The position numbers were made by a program, and so were the translations under genes. This document shows, piece after piece, positions 44,351-55,259 of a DNA stretch of 64,000 bases (its first letter is position 1; each line of letters opens with the position of its first letter). The notes below the pieces were generated by a model. That model was not told where the DNA came from, did not search any database, and saw nothing but the letters and a program-made list of their open reading frames with translations. This DNA is from Bacteroidales bacterium UBA2198 (GTDB taxonomy: Bacteria; Bacteroidota; Bacteroidia; Bacteroidales; VadinHA17): contig DCVC01000177.1 of the NCBI GenBank assembly GCA_002328625.1, positions 9,816 through 73,815 of the forward strand, given 5' to 3'.

Positions 44351-46486
44351 TTATTGTTGCTTTACCCCTATCGTAATCGCCATCAGAATAGGTACCTCAG
44401 GTTGTAGCGATGAATACATTTTAATCGTTTCTACCGTTTTATCCGGATAAGGGTTGTCCCATTTCTGGATGTAAAATTTTCCCCCATTCAAAGGGGCCAC
44501 CCATCCTCCTGGCGCCCAGATACCCCAGTCCTCAACATTCCAGCCAGCTTTCACCGGCACCTTCACTTCTGAGCCGTCATCACTGTATCGTATAATGTAA
44601 TACCATAAGTCAGAACCTACGGGGCTTTGGTTGAATTTAAGTTTTCCGGCTGGCCCTATCCAAACTTCAGGTGGTACTTTCTTAACAAAACCGTCCGTAA
44701 ATGCAGTTGCCTGAAGAAAAAATAAATAGTCAAGTTTCTTACCAATTTTTATTGGGTAACTCGCATAAGGTTGATCAGTTAAATATTGACCGGAACGTAA
44801 AATTATTGTCCCTTTTTCAGGGTCTCCGGAAATAGAAAATGGAATGCCGGTAAAATTTTGGATGCTGCCTTTTACTTCGCCCATATCCTGGTCAGGCCCA
44901 AGGTCAAGCCAGCCTGTTCCATCTCCTGCTATAGAGTCACTTAAGGAACGGTTACACCAGGGGGTTATATCAACCGGAAAGTACCTTGTTCCCTTTGCCA
45001 CAGTAGATTCGATACGATTTGGGGTTTGTCCTGCATTTTGAAAAGTAATATTATAAACATAAGGGTTGGCAAATACTTCCGGGTTTACGGGCCTGTCATT
45101 CAGATAAATATTTTCAAAACTGATATCCTTTACCGGATGATTTTCACTAAAACCATCGAGATGAATGTCGGCGGTCTTGTAACTGTATATGTTTTTGAAG
45201 TGAATATTTTCAACCCTTCCGCGTTTAGCTGATTTATTATAAAAACCTTTTTCAACAATTAAACTGATTAGCCGTTCACAGTTTTCTACCCTGATATTTT
45301 CATACGAAATATCTGATATTACGGCGCTATCGCCGTTAAAGATACCCATCGCATAATGCCCGATATACCTGTTCCGCTGTTCGAGTATATCAATATTTGA
45401 AAACTGAACATTGCTGATAGATTTCATCAATGTTTCATGTCCAATCTGTAATGCACAAGCCCTGTCACTCCACATGATACTGTTGGTTACTTTTACATTC
45501 TCCACATCACCCGGCATACCTTTCAACGCGATGCAATCGTCGTTAATACGAAGAAACACATCGTTGATAACAACATTTTTTGAGCCTACCACATCAATGC
45601 CGTCAGAATTATCTACATAACCAAATTCCTTTACATTATTCACGACAACATCTTTACAGGAATTGAATACTAAAGTCCAAAAAGGTGAATCATTGAGTAT
45701 GACGCCATCCACTTCAATATTCCTGCAATTCTTAAAATGAACAAAAAAAGGTCGCTGAACTGTATCCGGTTCGCCCAGGAATGACCTGTAATAATCGGGT
45801 TGCCGACCCAATAGGGTAGAACCTTCAATGATACCCCGGCCTTTAATTTTGATATTTTCTGCGTTCTCTGCCTCAATTCTGGCCCGAAGTACAGCGCCAC
45901 CAGCCAGGTAAATGGTTTGATTACTACTAATCTTTAAAATGCCATATTCTCCATCTACATAGTGGATTCCCGGTCCAAAATACAATACACTCTTATCCAT
46001 GAAAGAAGAGAGATCAATTTTGCCAGGATCAAAATAGGCAACGTTATTTCCATTAGCAGAAGGAACACTAATTTCCGGACTATTGGCAAAAACCACAAGG
46101 TTATCATCAATGTCCCCGTTAATCTCTATTGATAATTTCTTAGGTTCATTCAGTTCAAAGGCTATTTTATTCTCGTGCAACCTGTATTTAATGCCATAAG
46201 ACGTTGGTCTTATACGCACTGACTTTACATCCACGCCGTTAATCACAACTTCAATCCTGACCTTTCCGGAAAAATCAAACTGTGTAAAAGCGCAGGTTCT
46301 GTTCGGATTATTCAATTCAAAGAATACAGGGGCCTCATAGACAAAGCTTGGCTTATCATTTACAAATACCTGAAACTTACTGCCTGGGTCTATCCCTTCC
46401 GGCTTTGGATAGACAATTAACTGAGATTGTTGACCAATAGTCAACAGATATAAAAAACTGAACATCAACAATAAAAAACTTTTCAT
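44351..46486 (-). CDS. GH28-like parallel beta-helix glycosidase with extra N- and C-terminal beta-sandwich domains
   Basis: DNSDGIDV and NDDCIALKG parallel the GH28 NTDGID/GDDCIA catalytic pairs. The C-terminal ~230 aa are unassigned. Confidence 0.55.
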   Translation of the reverse strand: MKSFLLLMFSFLYLLTIGQQSQLIVYPKPEGIDPGSKFQVFVNDKPSFVYEAPVFFELNNPNRTCAFTQFDFSGKVRIEVVINGVDVKSVRIRPTSYGIKYRLHENKIAFELNEPKKLSIEINGDIDDNLVVFANSPEISVPSANGNNVAYFDPGKIDLSSFMDKSVLYFGPGIHYVDGEYGILKISSNQTIYLAGGAVLRARIEAENAENIKIKGRGIIEGSTLLGRQPDYYRSFLGEPDTVQRPFFVHFKNCRNIEVDGVILNDSPFWTLVFNSCKDVVVNNVKEFGYVDNSDGIDVVGSKNVVINDVFLRINDDCIALKGMPGDVENVKVTNSIMWSDRACALQIGHETLMKSISNVQFSNIDILEQRNRYIGHYAMGIFNGDSAVISDISYENIRVENCERLISLIVEKGFYNKSAKRGRVENIHFKNIYSYKTADIHLDGFSENHPVKDISFENIYLNDRPVNPEVFANPYVYNITFQNAGQTPNRIESTVAKGTRYFPVDITPWCNRSLSDSIAGDGTGWLDLGPDQDMGEVKGSIQNFTGIPFSISGDPEKGTIILRSGQYLTDQPYASYPIKIGKKLDYLFFLQATAFTDGFVKKVPPEVWIGPAGKLKFNQSPVGSDLWYYIIRYSDDGSEVKVPVKAGWNVEDWGIWAPGGWVAPLNGGKFYIQKWDNPYPDKTVETIKMYSSLQPEVPILMAITIGVKQQ

Positions 46487-46589
46487 GATTATTTCATTAA
46501 TTCTGTGAGCTAATATCCTAAAATTTAAAAATCAACATCTTTTGTTGCCGCTTAAGAACACTAATGATAAAACTGTGCATAGTTCAGGG

Positions 46590-48512
46590 CTACTTAGTAT
46601 TACCGGTATGCAAACCAGCAGTTACAGTAAAAGTGTTTGTTCCAATTCTTACTCCTTCAAACGCCCCTACCCTCGGATGCCTTGTATTTCGCTTGTTGCC
46701 GAGGCAATCCTGATCAATAATGACAGAAGTTCCATCATGCTGTTCCATGCCTTGATTCACGAGTGAAAATTTTCCGATCAGCCTGGTATCCACCAAAGGA
46801 CACTTTAATGCAAAGGCAGATTTATCCATATAAAAGTTCAATTTCACGCCGTCTGCAAGTTCCTGAAGTTCGAACATCGTCTGAAACCCGGCGCTCTCAA
46901 TGCCTGTCTTATCCCATGGCTGCCGCTGCGCTCCCTGATAATAAATATTATAACCGCTGCGGAAATCTTTAACATTCTGGGGCTCATAACTCATATCGGT
47001 GTGAAGTCTGTCAGAGCCTTTGCCAATAAAAATGTTATTGTAGTAGCGGTCTTCAATCCTGATCAGACATGAATCTTTAATTTCTTTAAGGGTATGAGGC
47101 TCAAAGTAACCGGGGTTTCGTGTTTCCCTGTTCATATATATCAGACCGCTGTTGCAGAATAAATTATGGGCCACAATAACCCGCTCGGACTCTGAACCTA
47201 TCGGTGAGTCTATAATGATATTATTATCAATTAACAGCGGTCCATGGTTTGCCTCCACATATATTGTGTAATCGTCTATGTTGTAAATTACGTTGCCTGA
47301 TATCCTAACACCCTGGTTGCTCCAGTCAATCCATATTCCCGGAAAATGAGAATACGTGGTTTCTTTCTTCGCTGTTGCAAAAACCCGGCGGATGATGTTG
47401 TTTTTAATAATTAAATCCGTTGCCCTGTGCACTTTTATGCCCGCAGTTTCCTGTCCGCCGAATTGCATTTTATAGTTAATATCCTGAATAAGGTTGTTTT
47501 CAATCAGACTGGCGGCAAATCCATACATACCCACTATTCCTGCCTGACCACAACGTTCAATGACGTTATTTCTTATCACGTGGTGGCCAACTTGTTCAAT
47601 ATCTGTAGGTATCGTGTTGTAAACATTTCCGCTGCAAATCCCTGTACATTTGGCATCGGTGATATGGCAATTTTCGATAATCCAGCTTCTGCCTGAACGA
47701 GTTCCAATAAGGCCTTTTTGTGTGGACCTTGGAGCAGCCCAGTAACATGCTGCCTGTTGCATGGTGAAACCGCTGAGGGTAATATATTGCAGCCCTGTCT
47801 GGTCAGGGAAAAATACACATTCGCGAACATTAATCTCTGAAAGCTTCAGGTTAGGATTGTCATTGCCAAAGTTAGCCCATATCCGGGTAATGCCGTCGGC
47901 GGTTTCGGTGTACCATGTTTTTGGAGTACTCACCATTTCATCCTTTTTCAGCGTTTCAAGGTAGGGTTCCCCCTCGCTATAGACATCTCCAAGATGATAT
48001 TCTTTACCGAAATCCATCCAAATGTCCTTATCCTCCAGTTTATACTTCGATTTTAAATCGCCGTAAATCGGCATTTTATAAGGGTTAAAATCACAAAAAA
48101 ATGAGTCTGGCAATTCCACCATCCAAACACCATTTCCCTGGCTTTGCCAATTTGTAATTCGTTCCGAACCTTTAATTACAGGAGTTTCACCGGGGTATGC
48201 CATGTATGTGATCCGGCGATTTTCGGAAGTACCACCATGTAAGGGTTTAATCCATTCGCGATAAACTCCCCCTCTGACCAGACAGGTATCGCCGGGTTTC
48301 ATTTCATTGGCCGCTTTTTGAATCGTGCAAAAAGGTTTTGTTAATGTGCCTGGGTTCTGATCGGAACCGGTAGATGCAACGTAATATGTTTTTATTAAAG
48401 ACTCTTCTTGGGCTGATAGTCCTTGAGTAATAATCAACCAAGCAATGATTGCCAGAACAGCAGCGCCAACCCGAACCTCTTTTACTAATGTTTCAAATGC
48501 AAATTGAGCCAT
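46590..48512 (-). CDS. secreted right-handed parallel beta-helix protein (hydrolase or lyase of unknown specificity)
   Basis: N-terminal cap YYVASTGSDQNPGTLTKPFCTIQKAANEMKPGD, with beta-helix rung repeats. The start lies 1 nt from the upstream stop. Confidence 0.55.
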   Translation of the reverse strand: MAQFAFETLVKEVRVGAAVLAIIAWLIITQGLSAQEESLIKTYYVASTGSDQNPGTLTKPFCTIQKAANEMKPGDTCLVRGGVYREWIKPLHGGTSENRRITYMAYPGETPVIKGSERITNWQSQGNGVWMVELPDSFFCDFNPYKMPIYGDLKSKYKLEDKDIWMDFGKEYHLGDVYSEGEPYLETLKKDEMVSTPKTWYTETADGITRIWANFGNDNPNLKLSEINVRECVFFPDQTGLQYITLSGFTMQQAACYWAAPRSTQKGLIGTRSGRSWIIENCHITDAKCTGICSGNVYNTIPTDIEQVGHHVIRNNVIERCGQAGIVGMYGFAASLIENNLIQDINYKMQFGGQETAGIKVHRATDLIIKNNIIRRVFATAKKETTYSHFPGIWIDWSNQGVRISGNVIYNIDDYTIYVEANHGPLLIDNNIIIDSPIGSESERVIVAHNLFCNSGLIYMNRETRNPGYFEPHTLKEIKDSCLIRIEDRYYNNIFIGKGSDRLHTDMSYEPQNVKDFRSGYNIYYQGAQRQPWDKTGIESAGFQTMFELQELADGVKLNFYMDKSAFALKCPLVDTRLIGKFSLVNQGMEQHDGTSVIIDQDCLGNKRNTRHPRVGAFEGVRIGTNTFTVTAGLHTGNTK

Positions 48513-48513
48513 A

Positions 48514-49983
48514 TCAATTTGGTTTTATGATAAATGTATTAAATGAATCTCCTTTTAAGGAAGGACTGACTATTTTATCTCCCACTTTTATACGAACTGC
48601 TTTATCTTCCTTGTTGTCATTTTGAATAATTATCACAATGCTTTTATCAGGGTTAATAAAAGCAAGCAGGTTATTGAAAGCGCCGGTCGTTTCATAACGT
48701 TTTGCACCTGGCTTTACATAATGACTTAAATGCTTCATCAGGTAATATTCATAATTGTACTTGAAAGTTTTAGCAACTGTATCTACGCTTATCAAAGAAT
48801 TTTGCTTCCATCCCCAACGGCTAATACCTCCCTGGTTTAAAGAGGTATTCCAGTACATAAATGCATTGGCTCCATTGCTTAAATAATGCTTTATTAAGCT
48901 CCAGGTATATACACAGTACTGCCAGTCGTTTTTGCCATCGCCACACTCCTGTTCTGTCTGATATATTGTAAGATCAGGATAGCGCTGATGAATGGCTGCT
49001 ATAGCTCCTTTACCTCCCCATTGAAAGCCAACTCCTTTTATATATTTACAGCTGAGGGGATCGTTTAGAACCGTATCTGCTAATCTTACGTCAGCACGTT
49101 CCAGTGTTCCAAAAAACAGATTTACATTCAGCTTCTGCATTTGCGGGCCTAAATAACTTATAAATCTTGAAAGGCCTTTGGCCGTCCAGGTACAACTGGG
49201 AAACATTTGCGCAGAATTAAATTCATTCTGAGGCATTACCATCCCTATGTTGATACCTTGTTTTCTGTACTCTTCAATAAACTTTGCGAAGTAGAGAGCA
49301 TATGCTTTAAAGTACTTGTCTTCCTGGATAAACATATCAGAGCCTTCTGTACCCACCTGATCTGGTCTTAATCCATTTTCCACATTAAATCCTTTCCAGG
49401 GCATTGCCTCTGCATAGTGTTTATTATATTTCATCCACGCAGGAGGACTCCACGGGGAAGCCCATAGCTTTAAGGAAGGATTATATTTTTGTGCATTTTT
49501 AATAAAAGGAACAAGAGTTTTCAAGTCATTGGCAATAGTAAAATGCTTCATCTCAAAATCACAATTAACCTCATTACAGGAATACCAGTTACGGGAGAAA
49601 TCATTGGCGCCTACCGGCATACGGCAGATAGTAAAATTTGCACCGACACCAGGGGTAAAAAGTTCCTGCATAACGGTCTCCCTATCTTTTTTGCTTAACA
49701 AGCTTAAAGAAGTCCATCCCAGTTCATTAAAACACGCACCAAAACCATCTATAGTCTGTAATGAATTTTTTAATTCAACTTCTACATCCGCTTCGCCTGA
49801 GGCTTCAGTTATAGTGAGGTCATTTTGCGGCGCCCATAAAACATCTTGTGTAGAAGCAACCCACTCAACAAATTTTTTGCCTGGTTCAATCTCTTCCGAG
49901 GTGGGGTAGACAATTACGCCAGAGTGGCGGAAACAACTTGAAAGTAATAATAGAATCACCATAATATGAAAAAAAGTCTTCAT
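48514..49983 (-). CDS. GH30 glycoside hydrolase
   Basis: QTIDGFGACFNELGW, WASPWSPPAWMK, PQNEF (acid/base region). The start is moved to MKTFF, which removes the overlap. Confidence 0.85.
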   Translation of the reverse strand: MKTFFHIMVILLLLSSCFRHSGVIVYPTSEEIEPGKKFVEWVASTQDVLWAPQNDLTITEASGEADVEVELKNSLQTIDGFGACFNELGWTSLSLLSKKDRETVMQELFTPGVGANFTICRMPVGANDFSRNWYSCNEVNCDFEMKHFTIANDLKTLVPFIKNAQKYNPSLKLWASPWSPPAWMKYNKHYAEAMPWKGFNVENGLRPDQVGTEGSDMFIQEDKYFKAYALYFAKFIEEYRKQGINIGMVMPQNEFNSAQMFPSCTWTAKGLSRFISYLGPQMQKLNVNLFFGTLERADVRLADTVLNDPLSCKYIKGVGFQWGGKGAIAAIHQRYPDLTIYQTEQECGDGKNDWQYCVYTWSLIKHYLSNGANAFMYWNTSLNQGGISRWGWKQNSLISVDTVAKTFKYNYEYYLMKHLSHYVKPGAKRYETTGAFNNLLAFINPDKSIVIIIQNDNKEDKAVRIKVGDKIVSPSLKGDSFNTFIIKPN

Positions 49984-49984
49984 A

Positions 49985-51235
49985 TTACTCTTCAGTTTTA
50001 ATTCCATTAGTAAAAAAATAGGATGATGAAATTGTCAGGCCCTTATCATCAGTTATATTGATTAACCATATAGTTGTATTTTCAGGCAATGGTGGCGCTG
50101 TTATCTTATTTTCCTGTATGGTAGCCTGGACAGTTTGCCAATTTCTTGAACCATACGGTAACGTGGTATCAGTGGTGTAACTGATGCTCGCTCCATTTAA
50201 TTTTGTAGCGCCGGTTACTAAAGCAGTAACCTGGTCAGATGTTGATTCAACTGACCCGATCGCAGGTAAAGCAGGAGTACCTTTAAGGTAATGGTCGATA
50301 AAAACACCGATTTCTTCGGGTTCACTGCCTTGTCCGTGCCCATGGGTCATGGTTGTGGTAATCCTGAAGTTTGATTGTTCCCGCACCAGATTATATGTAC
50401 AGGATAGAGCATTGGGAGGATAGAACATATCTTTGGTTCCGGCTACCCACAGGAAAGGCGTTCTGGCTGTGCCAATATAATTGGAAGCATCATATTTGTC
50501 AGTCCACCTTTTCTTTTGATCAGGAGTCATGGTACCAAAGTCTTTCTGATAAAAATAACTTCCGGGTTTGCATATAAAACCGCAGCCATAAACAGGCACC
50601 GCAGCTTTAAACCGGTTATCCAAACCGGCCGCAATGCAGGTCAGGAAACCACCCCAGCTAATCCCTGTAATGGCAGTTTTATCAGTATCTACTTCATTAA
50701 ATGAACAAAGAAGAGAATGAGCCAGGATTACGTTGCAAACGGCATGGTACACCCATTGTTTATCTGTTGTGCTGTCAATACTGGTAAATTTTTCAACAGG
50801 ATCCTGAGAAGGGCCTCCGTTTGGCAATGGCTGAACATTCACATCATTGCCGCCTAAATCCATCGAAATAGCAGCATATCCCCTGTTGGCCCATTGGATT
50901 ACCCATTCCTTTATAGCATAGCCACCGCCACCGTGTACTAAAACTATAGCTGGTAAATTATGGTCCTTGGACTTATCGCCGCTGATAGTGCCGGGTGTGG
51001 CATAGTAAGCAAATACCTGTGTTTTGGGCATAGCGCCAAAGGCCTCACCTTCATATATGATTTGCCTGACATGGGCATTATCATCATTCAACCATTGATA
51101 AGCAGGTGGTTTCTTTAAATGATCAAAATCCCACAAATCCAGCTGATCAGTAATTTTATCCTGATTTGTCTCTTTGCAATCAGATAAAAAAAAACCAACT
51201 GCAACCAATATAATTAATAAAACATATTTCTTCAT
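49985..51235 (-). CDS. alpha/beta-hydrolase carbohydrate esterase (acetyl-xylan-esterase/dienelactone-hydrolase-like)
   Basis: Lipoprotein signal from the internal Met. VLVHGGGG, nucleophile elbow GISWGG, late HGHG. Confidence 0.6.
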   Translation of the reverse strand: MKKYVLLIILVAVGFFLSDCKETNQDKITDQLDLWDFDHLKKPPAYQWLNDDNAHVRQIIYEGEAFGAMPKTQVFAYYATPGTISGDKSKDHNLPAIVLVHGGGGYAIKEWVIQWANRGYAAISMDLGGNDVNVQPLPNGGPSQDPVEKFTSIDSTTDKQWVYHAVCNVILAHSLLCSFNEVDTDKTAITGISWGGFLTCIAAGLDNRFKAAVPVYGCGFICKPGSYFYQKDFGTMTPDQKKRWTDKYDASNYIGTARTPFLWVAGTKDMFYPPNALSCTYNLVREQSNFRITTTMTHGHGQGSEPEEIGVFIDHYLKGTPALPAIGSVESTSDQVTALVTGATKLNGASISYTTDTTLPYGSRNWQTVQATIQENKITAPPLPENTTIWLINITDDKGLTISSSYFFTNGIKTEE

Positions 51236-51278
51236 ATGTGTGTGTGTTTCATTTGTTTTTTTATCTGTTTTCAATCTC

Positions 51279-53051
51279 TCAGTATAGTTTCAATTTTGAT
51301 TCAATATTCAGATCTACAGGCGATTGTCCTGTCATTTTGATTTCCCCTAACAAAGCCGATATCACTGCCGAGTGCATCACGGGAGTATTGGAGTATGCAT
51401 TGATGCAGGTATTTACACGCTCGAAATATTCATTTGTATTGTAAGGGTTACCAAAATTTATAACTATTATTTTTTCTTTGGGCATGGAGTTTACTCCCCA
51501 CGCTGTTTGTGCATCGTCGTCATATAACTCCAACGGACCAAAGGGCGCGTGGTGAGTACGGGCCACCGCTATAATAATACGGTCATATTTTTCGGGAGAA
51601 TCGTCAGTCCAGCCCTGAGTTTCGTACAAAATATCGTGCCGGAAATCCACGTTAAAGCCCCTGCTTTTTAACTGACCGGCAAAATCCTCCAGTTGTTTCA
51701 GGTTTCTGTCGCCGCCTTTGCGCGAAACAGGCGTAACACCTACTACCAATATTCTTTTATCTTTCTGCAAATTTAAGGGCAACGCGTTGTTGCGGTCTCT
51801 TATTAATGTTATTGCCTTTTCACTGATGGTCTTTGATGTTTCCCGGGCTTGTTCTTTTTCATCATCTGTCATATCACGAACCAAATCTCTGTCCTTTTCG
51901 AGTAACCCGAAGCGCTCTTTCAATGCCCATACCCGCTGCACAGCATCATCGAGCCTTTCCATCGGTATCTCACCGCGGTTTATCCTCGCTTCCAGCGTAT
52001 CCATATATGTATAGGAGGGCCAAAGCAAAACATCCACCCCCGCTTTAAAACTTTCAATTTCACTTTCCAGCGGGCTATCATACCAGCCCCTGAATCCTCC
52101 CATCACCATCGCATCGGAAACAATTACGCCTTTAAAACCCATTTCTCCTTTCAGCAAACCAGTTAATAATTCTTTCGACAGGGTTGCAGGCGGATACATC
52201 CCATTGATTTTTTCCTTTTGATAAGATGGTAAAGTGATATGCCCTGGCATTATACAAGCCACACCACTGTCAATCAAAGCCTGGAATACCTTGCCATGTT
52301 TTTCCTTCCATATATTGAACGGAAGAAAATTACAGGAGGTTAATAAATGCTGGTCGCGATAATCAACTCCATCACCGGGAAAATGTTTAATTGTAGCGGC
52401 TACCCCATTATCCTGCAAGCCTCTGATTTGCTGACTAAGCAGGCGAATCGCTATTTCGGGGTCATCGGAAACGCTACGGACATTTGTTATGGGATTGAAC
52501 GGATTCATGTTCAGGTCAGCAACCGGGTGCAACACCCAGTTAACGCCAACTGTCCGGCTCTGCAGGGCGATGGCCTTGCCATATTTATAGGTTAGTTCCG
52601 GAGAATTGACTGCCCCCAGCGACATGGCATTAGGAAATGAAATCATACCTGGCAGGTCCACCCCGCCTTCATAATCCTGCTGAAAAATCAGCGGAAGCCT
52701 GCTGGCATCCTGATATTCTTTGCAGGCTGCGCGGGTATATTCAAAGTAATCCTCGTACTTTACATTGTCATAAAGCTTCCATCCCATGAAAAAGCCACCT
52801 ACGGGGTAATTTTCAAAATATACTTTCAGGGAACCCCTGCCCAGTTCCAATTCTTTTCCCCGGTCGGGCAACATCAGCATTGTCTGGCCAATCTTTTGCC
52901 TGATTGTTAAATTCTTCCATGAAGTATCTTTTGGAGTGAACAATGCGGCATTGCTTGCCTTATTCGAAAGATTTGACTGTACTTTTCGTTCCTGGTTGCA
53001 AGCAATATTTGTCAAAATCAAAATGACAGATAAAAATATTATTGTTTTCAT
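51279..53051 (-). CDS. GH3 glycoside hydrolase (beta-hexosaminidase/beta-glucosidase type)
   Basis: KHFPGDG, nucleophile region VIVSDAMVMGG, two-domain length. Confidence 0.85.
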   Translation of the reverse strand: MKTIIFLSVILILTNIACNQERKVQSNLSNKASNAALFTPKDTSWKNLTIRQKIGQTMLMLPDRGKELELGRGSLKVYFENYPVGGFFMGWKLYDNVKYEDYFEYTRAACKEYQDASRLPLIFQQDYEGGVDLPGMISFPNAMSLGAVNSPELTYKYGKAIALQSRTVGVNWVLHPVADLNMNPFNPITNVRSVSDDPEIAIRLLSQQIRGLQDNGVAATIKHFPGDGVDYRDQHLLTSCNFLPFNIWKEKHGKVFQALIDSGVACIMPGHITLPSYQKEKINGMYPPATLSKELLTGLLKGEMGFKGVIVSDAMVMGGFRGWYDSPLESEIESFKAGVDVLLWPSYTYMDTLEARINRGEIPMERLDDAVQRVWALKERFGLLEKDRDLVRDMTDDEKEQARETSKTISEKAITLIRDRNNALPLNLQKDKRILVVGVTPVSRKGGDRNLKQLEDFAGQLKSRGFNVDFRHDILYETQGWTDDSPEKYDRIIIAVARTHHAPFGPLELYDDDAQTAWGVNSMPKEKIIVINFGNPYNTNEYFERVNTCINAYSNTPVMHSAVISALLGEIKMTGQSPVDLNIESKLKLY

Positions 53052-53057
53052 TTTGTA

Positions 53058-55256
53058 TTATTTCGTTTTAATTAATCCAATTTCCGAGAATGGTATGGCC
53101 TTAAACCCGGGGAGCTTTTTATAAATCCCGGCATTTTCATTTAAAGCGAAATTTTGTTTTGAAGCATCCACAAACCCGGGGTCTTCCCTGGTGATGAAAT
53201 TATTATCAAGTATAGGACCCCATTCTTTTTTACCGTCATAAAGCTGCCCGATATTTACGAAAACATTGTTTTGAATGTCATTGTGTTTGGGTACCTCAGG
53301 ATGATCCTGAAAATACGTTGCCAGTGCTGGGTATGCGGTTGAATAGGGGGGCCGGTTATAATTTACCTGTTTTAAACGCGCTTCAAATATACCCCCGGGC
53401 TCCAGTTTTGACTTAAACTTATTCGCGAGCACATTTTCCAAATAAAATGCTATAGGACATTCAACAAAAATATTATTGAATACAGGATTATAACTTCCTC
53501 CTAAAATCATAACGGTGCGGGTGCCTGCTTTGTAAAACACGTTCCCGTAGAGTTGCGATCCGCAGGCGCCATCATCAAAATATACAGCGATGGCAAATTT
53601 CCCGGTGGAAAATCCGGTAGCTCCGATGTTTTTGAAAAAATTATACCGGATAACGTTCCCAAATTCAGAAGGGTCGCGACCAATATAAATTGAGCCCTGG
53701 TCCTCCATAAAATTACAGGCTTCGGAAATCACATTATATTCAATGAGATGATTGTTGCCATGAATATATATAGCTGTTGCAGGGCAGGGATTAAACCGGC
53801 AATGTTGCACCTTGTTGCCCACCCCGTCAATATTAACCGGAGCCTTATACGAATAATCCCTGCGACCGCAATCGGTAAATTCACAGTTATAAACATAATT
53901 ATCGGCCGGCTCAAGTGTTAAACGGTTTCCACCCCCTATGCTTATTCCGCCGCAACCGGTGTTTTCAATTTTGCAGCTTATGATACCGTTGTTTTTTCCG
54001 CCTTCACGGTCAAATGTGGTATTCTCATAAATTAATTCATGCAAACTCCCTATCCGTTCCGACAGTTTTTCATCCGGATAAATCCGATCGGCGTGATCCG
54101 GATGGCGGTATATATTACCGGGTTTGCTGCCCATACCGATACATACCCCTACAACACCCATGTTCCGGATCGTGCAGTTTTCAATTTTGTTCGATTCGGT
54201 ATTTTCCATATAAATCCCAATTCCCCTGCCTGCCTCAAAAGTGATATTTTTAAACTGAATATGACAGGCTCCTTTCAATGTAACCAATGCATCTTCCAAC
54301 ATAGAAACCATAATGGTATCAGAAGACTTTAACTCTTCAAAAGGATAAAAATAAAGTTTGCCCTTTTGATGATCAATGTAGTATTCTCCAGGGTCATCGA
54401 TTTCTTCCATCAGGTTGAAAAAGTAAATTTGATTCCATTCATTTCCATCTGTAATAGGAAACATATGGGAATCGGCGAAATTTATCACTCCTGTTTTGGC
54501 ATCAAAATCTTTCACCCGGAGCTGATCTGTAGCCCAGGCAAAGCTGAAATTTCCACAAGTGATTATATTACCGGCATTGGTCCATTGAGCAAGTTTATCC
54601 TTGCTAAACCGGATTTCCCCGGGATAAAATTCCCTGTCATTAATAAAACCGTTTTTCAGTACATCACCAGTCTTTATCAGAATTTTTTCCTTATTCGGGT
54701 ATCTGGATAAATGATAGGGTATGCCGTTAATGAACAGTTCCATGGCAGCATTTACGTAGGGCCGACGGAATCCGGTTATCCGGTTGATCCCGTAATCCGA
54801 AATGCCCAGTGCCGCAAGATCTATCTCTCTGATCCGGGGGATAGCCTCTTTCTCTATGATTTGCAGTGCCGACTCTTGTGAGATCGGTTTGGCACTTTCG
54901 GTACCAATTCTTTTCCCTCCTGAAAGAATAACCTTTTCACCAGGATAGGCAGTGAAAACAATGGGTGCATCTTCAAACCCCGAATCATCTATCTGAAGTA
55001 AGAAAGTTTGGCCCAATTCATAAATTCCTTCCCGCAACCATACAGTAATGGTATCTTTAGGAAGCTGATTATTTTTCTTTAATTGACTAATCGCATCTCT
55101 TGCATCTTCAAGAGTTGAAAAAGGATTGCTTTTATTCCCTTTATTCGAAGAAGAACCATCGGGAGCAATAAAAAACTCACACGTGTCATGGATAGAACAT
55201 GCTGATGCCACAAGCGCAATCAGCAGGATTAAGCTCATCCGGATCTTTTTTTTCAT
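53058..55256 (-). CDS. secreted right-handed parallel beta-helix protein (unknown specificity)
   Basis: Lipoprotein signal (LIALVASACS). Cap IAPDGSSSNKGNKSNPFSTLEDARDA, with beta-helix rungs. Confidence 0.55.
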   Translation of the reverse strand: MKKKIRMSLILLIALVASACSIHDTCEFFIAPDGSSSNKGNKSNPFSTLEDARDAISQLKKNNQLPKDTITVWLREGIYELGQTFLLQIDDSGFEDAPIVFTAYPGEKVILSGGKRIGTESAKPISQESALQIIEKEAIPRIREIDLAALGISDYGINRITGFRRPYVNAAMELFINGIPYHLSRYPNKEKILIKTGDVLKNGFINDREFYPGEIRFSKDKLAQWTNAGNIITCGNFSFAWATDQLRVKDFDAKTGVINFADSHMFPITDGNEWNQIYFFNLMEEIDDPGEYYIDHQKGKLYFYPFEELKSSDTIMVSMLEDALVTLKGACHIQFKNITFEAGRGIGIYMENTESNKIENCTIRNMGVVGVCIGMGSKPGNIYRHPDHADRIYPDEKLSERIGSLHELIYENTTFDREGGKNNGIISCKIENTGCGGISIGGGNRLTLEPADNYVYNCEFTDCGRRDYSYKAPVNIDGVGNKVQHCRFNPCPATAIYIHGNNHLIEYNVISEACNFMEDQGSIYIGRDPSEFGNVIRYNFFKNIGATGFSTGKFAIAVYFDDGACGSQLYGNVFYKAGTRTVMILGGSYNPVFNNIFVECPIAFYLENVLANKFKSKLEPGGIFEARLKQVNYNRPPYSTAYPALATYFQDHPEVPKHNDIQNNVFVNIGQLYDGKKEWGPILDNNFITREDPGFVDASKQNFALNENAGIYKKLPGFKAIPFSEIGLIKTK

Positions 55257-55259
55257 TTT

